Positions 1 through 12,400 of a DNA stretch of 64,000 bases are shown here, piece after piece. Where the stretch lies: the NCBI GenBank assembly GCA_023213395.1, contig CM041465.1:228353741-228417740 (forward strand), in the 5' to 3' direction. The notes under the pieces were generated by a model, which saw nothing but the letters and a program-made list of their open reading frames with translations, did not search any database and was not told the origin of the DNA. A program made the translations under genes and the position numbers. Every line of letters begins with the position of its first letter. The stretch's first letter is position 1. The stretch comes from Cycas panzhihuaensis (taxonomy: Eukaryota; Plantae; Cycadophyta).

Positions 1-1940
1 TATACCTGGTCAAATAGAAGACTAGGGAATCACTATATCCAGGTAAATTTGGATAGGGTTATGATTAATTATAAATGGGCCAATTTCCATAATGATATTA
101 GTGTAAACGCTCTTCTTAAGGTGGCGTATAATCACTCCCCTTTGCTGCTTGAATTTAATACCATAGAGAAACACCTTGGTGCTCCCTTCTATTTTGAACT
201 TATGTGGACAAAGCACCTAAAGCTTAGGAACCATATTGGGGAATGGTGGAGGAAACCAATAGCTGAGTATGCGATGTTTAGGTTCTCAAAAAAGCTAAAC
301 TGGGTGAAGAGACAAGTTAAAGCTTAGAACAAAGAAGTATATAGTAACATCTTTGAAGCAAAGCAATAAATTATTGGGGAGCTAAAAGAGATCGAGGGAA
401 GGATCCAAGAGGAAGGTAGATCCTAGATGTTGGATCTATCCGAGTGATTTGTTCTTAGAAATTTGGAAGATGTCCTTATAAAGGAGGAAATATATTAGAG
501 ACAAAAGTCTAAGGCCATCTAGCTAGCTGAGGAGGACATGAACATAAAGTTCTTCCATATAACAACCCTAAAGCATAGGGTGAGCAATAGAATAAGCAAG
601 CTAAATAATAAAGAAGGGGAAGAGAATAGGAAGGAGTCAGAAATTAAGAGTATAAAAATATATTATTTGAAGGAATTATTTGAAGAACCTGGATGCCAAG
701 ATATTGGGACAAAGGGGGACCTTATGAGATTAATGAGGAGTACAACAGGTTGTTGAAATAGTCGTTTACTATGGAGGAGGTAGAAGAGGCCTTTTTCGAG
801 ATGGAAAGGGAGAAAGCACCTAGACTAGATGGATTTCCCCCTGGGATTCTTTTAGGATTACTAAGACATAATTAAAGAAGACTTAAAAGTAACCTTAGAT
901 GAATTTCATGAGAAAAGGACAATATTGAAGGAATGGAAAGCTATAATTTTAGTTTTGATACTAAAGAAAGAGGGAACAAAATCGATGGAGGAGTTTAGAC
1001 CAATCAGTTTCTGTAATGTGAAGTATGAAATATTGGCAAAAATCTTGGCCAACATACTTAAGAAGTTTCTTCCTGTGATTATATCTCCAAACTAAGACAA
1101 ATTTGTAAAAGGGAGACAAATCTTTGATGGCAATATAATTGTTCATGAGACGATTCATTATACCTATCAAAGAAAAGAGCTAGGTATGATTATGAAAATC
1201 GATCTTTCTAAAGCATATGATAGAGTGTCATGGGACTATTTAATGGACTACCACCAAGTTTTCAGGTTTGGGGACGTTTGAAGGGAGTGAATTGTATGTT
1301 GTATCTCTAAGCCCCAATATTCGGTCCAAATTAATGGCAGCTCGACAACTTTCTTTCCCAGTTTTAGAGAGCTAAGGCAAGGGGATCCCTTATCTCCCTA
1401 TTTATTTATTATTATGGCAGAAATTTTGGGGAGGGCAGTGGAGGAAGTGAGGAGAAAAGGCTTGATACCGAGGATAAAGCCCACCTCATGAATAGATAAT
1501 ATAGTTTATTATCAATTTGTTGATGATAATGTTTTATTAGGGAAGGTCATTGTAGGCAAAGCACAAGCTATTAAAGAAGGCCTTCAAAGTTTTGAGAGAA
1601 CCACAAACCATAAAATAAATTTGGAGAAGAGCAACGTCTTCTTCGTAAACACTAAGGAGAGACTACAAAGAAAGATTTGTAGGATGCTGGAAATGCCCAT
1701 CCAATCCCTGCCCTCTACTTATTTAGGGATGGCCCTGTTTATTGGAAAAATGTCTACGAACTATGGAATCCTATTGTTGATTGGAAGTAAAGGAAGTTGG
1801 TAAGATGAAAGGGATCCTTGCTTAGTCAAGGTAATCAAGTCCAATTATTATCTACTTCTCTTTAGAGCATCCTAGTATACATGATGTTGATATTTAGGAT
1901 ATTGACTAAGGTTATAGTGATCTTGGAAGGTATCAAAAAA
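1..1940 (+). mobile_element. Degenerate L1-type LINE ORF2 fragment (endonuclease C-terminus + RT)
   Basis: Translations give YTWSNRRLG..LDRVMIN and NHSPL (APE endonuclease), FRPISFCNVKYEI, KIDLSKAYDRVSW, LRQGDPLSPYLF and QFVDD (RT). Many stops and frameshifts. Same family as the LINE at 35.8-43.8 kb. Confidence 0.92.
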
Positions 1941-1944
1941 ATAC

Positions 1945-4900
1945 AATGATTAAAGTAAGCTAAGGATTTTCTGATTTCCACTTGTGTTCCTTTGGTAGCA
2001 TTACATTCTATTATGAACTTTTGTATTTTTACTTCCATTCCTTTCCAGAAAACATATCCTAAATTTGTTGGTAGGTTTTATTAATTATGGTGTGGCCCCT
2101 GATTACAGAACAATGTGCTTCTTCTAAGATCTTTATTTTTATTGCAATGGTTGTGGGAACTAGTACCTTTCCTTTCCTTAAGATTAATTTCCCATGAAGA
2201 TTGTACTTAGTATAGTTTCTCTTTTTTATCTCTTGTAAAGCTACTTGAGATGGAGCATCGTCTATATACTTGTGAACAAACTCTTTGATCCATTTAGGAG
2301 TGATTACAGTAATGCTCTGTTGAAGATTGGCCATCTTTATGATTTCCTAGTGGTACTTTAGATAAAGTATCTACAATAACATTTTCTTTTTATTTTTTAT
2401 AGATGATTAAGAGATCAAAGGCCTATTACTTGCTCACTTATTTTTATTATTCATATGATAATGATACTTAGCCAATAAAATATTTAAAGCTATCATGATA
2501 TATATTGGCTATGAATTTTTTACTCAACAAATATTATCACCATTGATATATGGTGTGCATGATAGCTGGCATTTTCTTATCACAAATCAGCTTGAGACAT
2601 TCACGGGTGTTAACCTTAATATTTTCATATGCTAACATATGCCCTTCTTATAAAAGTACTACTTCTATTCCTAATCTTGATGCATTACATTTAATGGTGA
2701 ATGGATAGGAAAAGTCAAGCATTGTCAAAAGTGGAGCTTTGGTCATTGATGCCTTGAGTTCCTAAAAAGCTCCTTTTGCCTCTTGGGTTTAAATAAATGC
2801 ATCTTTCTTTGTCAAATCTATTAAAGGGGTAACTATGTATACATACCCTTTAATAAACTTATATATGAACCTTACTACTCCCAGAAATTTGCAAATCCTA
2901 GTTATATTTTTTGGAGTGAGCTAGTTGATGATTACTTCAATTATTTTCGAGTCAATTTTTACCCCTTCTAGTATGATGATATGACCCAAATATTCTAACT
3001 TTGTCTAGCCAAATATATATTTGTTCTTGTTATCAAATAATTGTTGTTCCTAAAAGAGTTATAAAATGGTACGAATATGCTCCAAGTGCTCCTACCAAGA
3101 TTAACTATAAATTAAGATATCATTAAAGAAAATTAGAACAAACTTTCATATATATGGATTGATAATCTAGTTCATCATACTTTGAAAAATTGTTGGAGCA
3201 TTTGTTAATCTAAAATGCGTGACTAAAAATTCAAATAATCCCTCATGAGTACCAAATGCCATTTTATGAGGATCTTTTGCCTTAATGTGGATTTGATAAT
3301 ATTCGGGCCATAGGTCAATTTTAGAGAAATATCTTACCCTATGTAATTCATTTAGTAAATCATTTATGCGAGGAATTAGATATCTATTTTTGATGGTTAG
3401 CTTATTCAAAGCTTAATAATCTCTACATATTTGGTATAATCCATCTCTTTTTTCTAGAAAGAAAGTCTAAAGAAGCAAATGGACTGGTGCTCAAAATGAT
3501 GACACTCTATTGGAGGAGCTCTTATATAATGTTCTTAATTTCCCGTTTAAAGTGAAATGGATGATGGTATGGTCGAATGTTAACTAGAGCTGATTGTGGC
3601 GCTAGCTTGATATCATGCTGATGCCCACAACTTTGGGGTAATTATACAGGAAATTCTTCAAACACCTTGTTATACTAATCAATGAGGAACTGGACCTTAG
3701 TTGGAACTTCTTCTAGTACTAGTTTATAATAAGGAAGCATAAAGGAAATGAGGTTCTTCCATAGTAATTTCTCCATTTACTAAGATAATACCAACTATGT
3801 CAATGGTATATTTGGGGCTTGTAATTTGTATTTATAACTTTTATGGTAGAAATACATGAATTATTTTCTATAGTTGGTGGTAATGTTGCCTAAAGTTTGT
3901 AACCATTAAACTCCTAGAACTACATTAATGGCACCAATTTGCATGGCAAATATACAAGATGTGGTGGTATAATCTCCAATTTATAAATTTACCTATTGGC
4001 AATATCCCCTACAAGGCATGGTTCTCCTATTGGCAAATAACCACTTAAAAAATATTTTGTGGCTTAATATAGAGTCCTAATTTCTTTGTTGTAAGTCAGT
4101 TTATGAAATTGTGGGTACTCCCACTATCTACCGAAATTGAAATTCTCATATTTTTAATTACCCCTAAAAACCTTAGGGTCTGAGGTGCATGAACCTCCTT
4201 GATAATTACTTGGAGTGAAATCTATACATTCTCTGGATTGGTAATTATGAGGTCATCGATTTTAGTTTTATTTTCATATGCTTAAACTTCTTCATCTGCT
4301 CTATTTGGTATATTTTCTTCTTCATTATTTATCATAAATATATTCCTAACAGAACATTTATGATCTATGTTATACTTTCCTCTACAATAGAAATAAGTTC
4401 CATTCCTAATATGCTTAGCCTGTGATATATGTTTCTCTTTTTTCTCAACAGTGGGAGCCCCAACTTTTATCCCTAATTGAGTACAATTTGGTTGGAATTT
4501 TTAGTTGGGATATCTTGGAGGTTCAATTCGATGAGCAAAATTTTGCATGCTCTCTCTAAACTCAACTTTGATGTTCCAAACATGTTGAATGGTTTCGTTG
4601 AGAAAGCTTACATCTAAAGTCTTTAGGCCCTTGCAATATATACTTTAATTAAAAATATTTCATTAATATTAGTTTTTATTAAGCGATGCAAGGCTTGAAA
4701 CTATTATGTATAAGCTTGTATTCACCTTGTCTATTATAGTCTTATGAGCTAAGCGAAGTAATTTCTGTCGGAAGTATCTTCAGATTGCTCAATTATACTC
4801 TTCTTCAGGAAAGACCAATTAAAATGGCTCACCCCTTCGTAAAATCTCTCTTATAAGTGATACTGTTTTAGGGCTTTTCCATAAACATATAGAGCGACAG

Positions 4901-5365
4901 CCACTAATTTCTCTTTGTTAGTTAAAGGGGTTGCATTGAAGGAGATCTCTAATTATAACATTCAACTATAAATATCCTTGATTTGTTAAACTTTTTCAAA
5001 AAGAATTTAGTTCCTTTGAGTCTTGGGCCAACTTGATCTTCTTAATCATTCTCTTCTTTCCTTATGTACTCCTGTGATTTCTGACATCTTTAAGGACCCG
5101 TGTTCAATGGTTGAGTCAAGAGTATATCCATAATATATTGAATATCCCTTTTCATTTGCTTGAATTAGTTGGATAACAGAGCTACACTGTTGTTAATTAT
5201 ATCCACCCCTTGAGACACATTTATAGTCGTCTCTAAGGCTTGATTCACTATTTTGTTAGAGGCAATGGATTTCCCTAACCTAAGTTCCATTATAGGAAAA
5301 AATTATACCTAGTTTTCTTAAGGAATACCTTCTATTTCCTGCTTTGAAATGAAACTTTGATACCA
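1945..5365 (-). mobile_element. Degenerate Ty3/gypsy internal region (gag-PR-RT-RH-INT N-terminus)
   Basis: RT ORF 3167-3409 (NKLTIKNRYLIPRINDLLNEL..FSKIDL..AFGTHEGLFEFLV), integrase Zn-finger (ILEEAHCS..GH) at 2059-2334, protease-like region near 4100-4200, and a PBS (TGGTATCAAAG on - strand) at 5355-5365 abutting an LTR end at 5368. Confidence 0.88.
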
Positions 5366-5899
5366 CTTGTAGTGAATGTTATAGGGCGAATTTGGTAATT
5401 ACTATTACATAACTCTAATGACAGATAAACACCTAAAATATACCAATAGACTAGGATAATATTACAACAATAAAGAAGGAATATAACATCAATACAAAGC
5501 ATGTAATTATGAAAGATAAATAGTATATACTAATGACAATTTAATATGTACAATGTTACCCAAATATACTAGGGAGTAAAGTTGAAGTTGTGGTCCCTCT
5601 TTGAGGCGAGGTGTCCTCCACAATTACTGCCCAAAGGCTAAGTTTATAGTAGTCCCTCATGCTCTGATATGATGCCCTAATGTCGCCCATCTTCCTCTTT
5701 GAATAGGTGCTTAAACAACCCTTAAGATGGCTAGACATAACCCCTCTTGAAGCCTGCTAAAAACTCTTGGGAAGTCAACTAGAACTCATGAGTGCAATGA
5801 GATTGAATTCTCCTATATTGAAGTCAATTTTCCAGATCAAAAGGAGGTAAACCAGATAACTTTTTAGGATATCTAGATTGCTATAAATTTTGTTTGTTT

Positions 5900-6770
5900 A
5901 TAAATAAGTGTATATGATGCTTATTAAAATTCTTGGAAACTAAATCTCATTTGAAACCCATGATGTTTTGATGATGGGATATAGTAGATATAAGAAAATA
6001 AATATTTAAGTTTGTAAGGGTTTCTTTTAGCCTAGCATAAAGTTATATATTGTTACATATGGTAGAAGTTGTTTACAATGCTAAAAAGAGAAAGCTGAAT
6101 TATAACCTTTATAAATTCCAAACTACAAAGGGGAAAAAATATCATTTGTTTTAATGGCAAGATTGCCCATGATAATTAAAAGGAATGATTCCATTATGGT
6201 GGTCATAGACAAATTGACTAAAGCAACTAACTTCATTTTAGTTTTAAAAATTCATAATATAAAAAAAGTGGCTAAAATTTTACTTAAAGTGTTAATCATA
6301 GTATGCAAGATTCTCAAAATTATACATACTTTAGAAAACTTTTATTTAAAATCATAAGTTTTCAATTAGAATACAGTATGGTCTATTGTTCTCAAATGGA
6401 TGGGTAACCAAATAGGTCAAACTTGAAAGACATGTTGAGAATGCATGTAGTTGACGAACTCTATAGTTGGGAAGATTACATCTTATATATACTTGGTCAA
6501 ATTTACCCATAATTATAATAATTATAAGAATTCCAATAAAATTCCACAATTTAAATTTAAGACTCGCGAGGGTTTTTTGGGTTTTAAGTGAAACTACAAT
6601 TTTCCGAGTTGAAGCCCACAAAAATATTCGTTGCATCAAGGAAAATGAGACTCGAGTATAATGGCCCTTTTGAAATTACGAAGATTGATACGGTCCCATA
6701 TGAGCTTTGGCGCCCTGGCACACTGAAAAGGCTCACAGTGTATCACATATATACACAAACAAAATGTGAT
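5900..6770 (+). mobile_element. Ty3/gypsy integrase remnant
   Basis: ORF 6154 (LPMIIKRNDSIMVVIDKLTKATNFI) and ORF 6588 (YNGPFEITKIDTVPYEL, GPF/Y motif). Boundaries approximate. Confidence 0.7.
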
Positions 6771-6863
6771 CTTCAATCATATCTTCTTTCAGGAAGTCCA
6801 TGTTTATTCTCCGCCGATTTCTGATTATATTATAGCTTTCGCAGCGAAAAACTTCCCTCGTAT

Positions 6864-7226
6864 ATGTATTCCACTGCTGCTATTTCGTTGGTGAACTGGT
6901 TCAGGGCGGGAAGACCATTACACGTATTACTATCTATAGAATGTATAGAATGCAGAGGAAGAAGAAGTTTAGGGTTTAGAGGAATTCAAAGCCTTTTTAC
7001 TGGTATGAACCGAGGCTGCGATGATGATGTAGAGCATCGAAATCAATGGAAAATACGGCACACAAATTTCAATGTTGCTGCTTCTTGCATTTCACCGTTG
7101 TCTGCTATTCATTTGTTAGCAATAGCGCCGATGTCTCCCAACAAGAACCAGACGAAGAAATTCTACGTGGTTCGTAAGGGTAAAATCCCGGGCATTTATG
7201 ATACCTGGGGGGAGTGCAAGCGCCAG
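6864..7226 (+). CDS. First coding exon of an RNase H1-like protein: N-terminal RNA:DNA hybrid-binding (Cauli_VI-type) domain, with alternative start at ATG 7131
   Basis: KKFYVVRKGKIPGIYDTWGECKRQ matches the HBD consensus FYxVRxGxxxGIYxxWxEC and ends at a canonical CAG|GTAAGT donor (7226/7227). Downstream exons were not identified. Confidence 0.75.
6970..6977. promoter_or_regulatory. Telo-box (TAGGGTTT) near the 5' end of the putative host gene
   Basis: Exact TAGGGTTT within TTTAGGGTTTAG, a site-II-like AGCCCA at about 6613-6618, and locally CpG-retaining sequence. Short motifs can occur by chance. Confidence 0.35.
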
Positions 7227-7565
7227 GTAAGTGCTTCTGCATCTTGGTTTATCCGTTACTTTTGGCATATGCTAAAATTTGCAGATAGGTTTAATATACA
7301 CGAAATATTTGCTGATTTGGATAAAACACTCGATGTTTCCACTCGAGCAAGAAATAGCAGGTCGTGGTTTGGCAAACCAAACTGCACTCGCCGCAATTGA
7401 TGCCCTGAAAATGTTCCTAAAACAATTCGGCCAGTCTAAAAACATGGACACATATCTATAGGGTTTGGAAATAATGATTCAATTTAACATCATGACAAAA
7501 ATTGGGCGGCCTTGAAAACCCACCACCTCCACCCCAATGCCGTGATCATAGTTTTTCTGAAAGTT

Positions 7566-7680
7566 GGCCAAGCGCCCTGCCAAAATGCCTTAAAGTCACC
7601 GCCTCAAAAGAATGCAGTAATCTGCTAAGGTGTTAGAGAGATGCAGTGCATTTAAGGCACTTTGGTAGGGTGCACAGGCC
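7566..7680 (+). other. Intronic stem-loop (pre-miRNA/MITE-like)
   Basis: 7572-7594 pairs with 7651-7673 over 23 positions with one mismatch and two G:U pairs, closed by GGCC/GGCC. Confidence 0.5.
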
Positions 7681-7923
7681 ACAGGAGAAATCTGCTTACC
7701 CTGCATCCTGGCCTCAAATGTGGTCAACCAAATGGCTGCAGTTCTCCTCACTGCATTGGAGAACACGGCTGCGGTTCAATTGACTGTCATTGAGGTCATT
7801 TTATAGGGCGGATAGGCTATCTTCCCCTTTTTTGGGGGGGGGAAAACAACTAGATAAAGTTCCCCTATCCTTTTCATGAATAATGGCATGAATATGTTCA
7901 TAATTACAGGTACTGCTACAATG

Positions 7924-8183
7924 AACATTGATTACATCACAAATTATAAAAAATTCTCTCGTTGTTACAACGTTCATCATGAGACAATAAGGTGCGTGGG
8001 TGAGGTAGACCTTAACAACAGTAAGCCTTTAAGACCAGAGGAAAAAGCTGTAAACTTTGATTACATCACAAACTATAGAAATTTATCTCATTGTGACAAG
8101 GTTCATCACGAGACAGGAAGGCGCATGAGTGAGGTACACTGTAAAACCAGTAAGCCTTTAAGACCAAAGGAAAACAAGCTGTA
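7924..8183 (+). repeat. Diverged tandem duplication of a 129-bp unit, in frame within ORF 7876-8241
   Basis: AACATTGATTACATCACAAA at 7924 and AACTTTGATTACATCACAAA at 8053; peptide repeat N.DYITNY....C..VHHET......EV....SKPLRP. Confidence 0.85.
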
Positions 8184-8689
8184 TCCTCAATGTTCTCTGG
8201 GAGTGGATCTAGGAGCCTCTGGTTCTTCCTACCATTGTTAGGCTCAGGGTGGAGATGAGGTGCGGAATTCAGAGTGTAGCAGCTACCGGTTCATCCCATC
8301 ACACTTAACCAGTAGTTGCATGGATTTTTTGAGGTATATCCCATCCATCAAATCGCTGCCGCTACTCATGCTTCAGCTTCTGCTGCGGGAAGAGCCAGGT
8401 TCATGATTAGGGGGGTTTCTGCCAATGGTACAGGATGCAGCACCCTAGAATTCCGTGACATGAAGTAGGTGGTTTGTATCCATCTGCAACTTCTTAGCTG
8501 GTACTTTGATCTGCATGTCACAGTTAGCTAAAATGGTAGCCCAATTTTGGTTAGACATCACATGGCTTCATTATCCATGAACAAATGCATAGATATTTCT
8601 ATTTTTCCGTATAGCAAATAAACATTCATAGATATTTTTATTTTTCTATTTTACCATATAGCAAATAGACATTCAATTTTGAGCACTGG

Positions 8690-11600
8690 GAAAGCTGTGT
8701 GGTGTGTTCTAGAACAAGGCCCATGTCCCCTAAGATAGTAGAAGTCCAACTAAATTGGTAAAAGGCCATTGGGTTGGTGAAGTTTTGAGTCCAGTTCCAA
8801 AAAATTTTAGCAAATGGTCACCACCTGAACAAATGTGGGATAGTTTCTCTTTTGCACACATCTGGCATGAGGCATTTGTCACTGTCATTTTAGAGAGTCT
8901 AACTTTGGTAGCTAGGCCATGGTGAAGAATAGACTAGGCGGAGGTTGCTTCTTAGGCTCCACAAGTGCTTCCCATATTCTTTCAAATTTCTTGGACCGCA
9001 TAGAGGGAGGGCCATTCAAGCTCCAAATTTTGTTCATCCTTCCCACAATGTTAATAGGTGGATTCAGAAAAGCATAAATCGAGTTAGCAAAGTGCCTGAT
9101 GAGGTTCTTACAAACCTTCCATGCCTAGTCTTCCCACCAAGGCTAAGTTGGAATTACCATGAGTTTGAAATAGGTTCGCAATCTCTAGTTGCATTATGGA
9201 TAATCTATTTGCATTATTTAAATTAAGTTTTCTTTCCATGATGTCCTATGGCTTGGAATTATCCTTCATGTGGTGATGCAAATCATGGGCAAATTGTCCT
9301 TTCCTATCAAACCCAAGGCTTTTTAACTACAAGACTTTTGCCAAGCAGGAGCCATCCCTTTGAGTGATTGGTGACTACCAAATAGAATCTTACCTTATGG
9401 TAAAGCATTTTTCAGGTTCCCTACCTCTCTAGAAAATGAATTTCTTGCTGATCTTCTAAGCTTTTCAAATGCCTTTTAAACATGGAGGTACTTGCCACTT
9501 TGAGAACTAGAGTAGTCAACAATAAGGTTTGGAGGGATAAATTCTTCCATCCTTGCTTATTGGTAGGAGCTTCTATCACAATATCATGCCTAATAAGGAA
9601 CTTCCAATTTCTTGGGGCTTGTAACGCTCTCATAGTCCATTTATCACAAAGGGCAATGATCCTTTGAATGCCTGAAACTCCTAGACCCCTTTCATTCTTG
9701 GGGAGATGGTAAGTACCCCAATTTACTCCATGAGAACCTTTTTTGTCCTTAGCACTAGACTATAGGAATATTCTGAGAAGTCTTATGAGCTTGAGGTAGG
9801 TTAACACGCATGTGTGATTGATAGCACTTTAATACAGGTTTGAAGCTTGCCTAGTAAGCTCATGTGTTTTGTGTTCTAATACTTTGATTTCTTCCATGCT
9901 CTAACTGCTACAACTTCTCACATTGCAACAAGAGAGTCTTCAAAACTACAAGGGATATTAAGAAATTTTAAGATCTCACAAAGTTTGATTGAGGCCCAAT
10001 CAAATTCGGGGGGCCATTATGAGGGAAACATTGGGCCTTTCCCAAAAACAACTTGTTTTGTTTCCATTGGATCCTAGGGGTCAAATCCAAACAAAAGGTT
10101 TCTAAACAAGGCATAGTGTGACCTATTTCTTCTTTATCAACAAGTAGTGTAAAAAAGGAGTTAGTTTCAAAGTGCCCATTGATCATTTGATGCTTACCAT
10201 CATTTTGGAGTGGGATACATCTAATGAGGCTTGAGTTGCTTTTGGGAACTATCAAGCAACCTATGGAATGCATAACTAAGACATACATGCATGGGGGTAA
10301 ATGACATCCTTGTTGAATGGGTCTACAAGGATCATATCTTGCTCCATTGATGGAGATGTAGGTAAAGCATTATTTAAAAAGGTTTGCATCATCAAAACAA
10401 ACAACAGCCCAATATTAAGGCCTTCTAGCATGCCAAGTATAAACGGTCACTCCACTTTCACATATGCTTTTTGAAAATTAAATTTCATAAAGAAAATGTT
10501 CACACCTATCTTCATTGACCACTGCATACCTTCCCAAACTGCAAGAAAATTGTCTAGTATGTATCTTCCCCTAATAAGTCTTGTATGCTTTGGTCTTACA
10601 CTTTGAGGTAGTAAAAACTTGATTTTTTTAGCTATGGTTTTGGCAAAGATCTTGTAGGAGACATTTGTCAAAGTAATGGGCCTCCAATTGGTAATGAGTT
10701 TTGGATCCTCTCCTCATAGCCTTGCTTCCCCTCCCCCTCCCCTCCCCTTTTCTCTCTTTAAGCATAGGCCCAGTGTATCCTTAGTTAATTCTAGCTCAAA
10801 GTGAGCCATCTCTAAATGCTTTTCTATAGATCTTAAGAAGGTTTGGACCAATGAACTTCCTAGTTGCCTTGTAAAACTGAAAGGGAAGGCCATCCAATCT
10901 AAGGCATTTTTTTTTTTTCTTTTTTCTTTTTTGGCCATTTCAATAATGGATTAGTTAGTTCGTCTAGTTTGATAGGCAAATCACATTCAACAGCTTGTAG
11001 CCTTGTAAGCTTTTTGGGGATTACATCTCTGCACTTTTGCATGGCTTCTATACTAGCCTAATAGTCTCCTTGAGCTAAGAGGATTTGGGGTAGTGGTTGA
11101 CAAGGGCTTAGGCTATCTCTTCCTTATTTCTAAGTCTATCTGACTACTTGTTGATGGTTGACATTTTCTTTAATGTTGGTTTCTTCCTTAGGGCTCTAAA
11201 GAAGAATTTAAATCAATTGTCTCCTTCCTTGATCTAATGGATCCTAGCTTGTAATTGAGCTCCCTTAGCCCTCCTAATCCCATTGTCCTTCATAGCATGT
11301 GCTAGTTTGGATGCTTTCTCCTTGAGTATTCTATCAAGGGTGAGGCTTCTGTTTGCCATAACATTTTAGGTCAAACATTGTTCTAGCAATGGCATGCTCT
11401 TACTAGGTTACCCATCTTGTAGCACTTAAGGGTATAGGGCATATGTTTTAATCTCTTTTTATGCTCTAACAACGAGTGAGGCTTTCAAGGTGTGAAACAT
11501 TAAGCTTGGAGGTAGAGTTCTTGAACATGTGCTTGTTCTCACCCTAAAATATGCGAAAGGAGATAAGACTGCGGTCTAAAAGTTTGGCATGATTCACCAC

Positions 11601-12400
11601 CCTAGCAAATCTTCTTTCATCATATTGGAATTTAAAGTTCAACACCCCAACGTGCCTTCTTTCATCATATTGGAATCTAAAGTTACCATCGCTAGATATT
11701 AAAGCTTGATTTAGTCTTCTGAACACTTGATCATGTTTCTACCTAAAATTGGACTATATGAATTGTTGTTCATGATTCTTATCTCTTCTATGCCTTTTAG
11801 GATCACACAACTGTAATCTAGCTTACATTTGATGCCATTGGAGCCTCTCTTCGTTGAGCCATTTAAAAGGCAGTTTCCTAACTTTGTCGTCATCATCCTT
11901 TATCACATTGAAATCACCACGAACTAAGAGGCACTTGGTAGCTCTTCTCTCAATCATACCCATAATTTTGCCCTTTCCATTCGCAAGTTAGAGGCATAGT
12001 TCTTGGCAATGCCAAAAATCATGTTCTTCACATATGGTAAGACCCAAATCACCCTATTTGGGGGGATCTAAACCCTATGAGGCTATATATTTTGACGATG
12101 TAATATAGCCATAGTCACCCTTTTTTCCCTCCTCATGCTTAGTATAGAAAGATAAGGCCTTGGCTAGATGACTAGAAGTGAGGATTGGAATTTGTAAATC
12201 AATGGATTCTTACCTTAACATCCTAACCATACTTTTCTTGCATGGGTTATATAGGCCTCCAGGATTTTAGTGTATAGTTTTCAACATTGTGAAGGATCTT
12301 CCTCCATAGTTAGCATCTCATTCTTATTATCATCCTGCTCCAGGGCAATGACTTCATATTTGTTGGAGATGACTATAAAGGTTAGCCTCATGGAACCTAA
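8690..12400 (-). mobile_element. Degenerate LINE (second L1-like family)
   Basis: RT ORF 10447-10671 (TNVSYKIFAK..RGRYILDNFL..FQKAY), GGLG-type motif near 9680, endonuclease remnants at 11.5-12.3 kb. Ends approximate. Confidence 0.8.

Noticed and set aside
7131-7226. Endogenous caulimovirus P6/viroplasmin
   Set aside because: The domain is shared with RNase H1, it ends at a spliceosomal donor, and no caulimoviral MP/CP/RT genes are nearby.
8350-8395. miR159/319 precursor (GCTGCCG..ACTCAT / TGCGGGA resemblance)
   Set aside because: No mature miR159/319 sequence is present in the arms.
11603-11690. 45-bp duplication / ORF 11544-11726 as a novel peptide
   Set aside because: Local duplication inside a decayed LINE.
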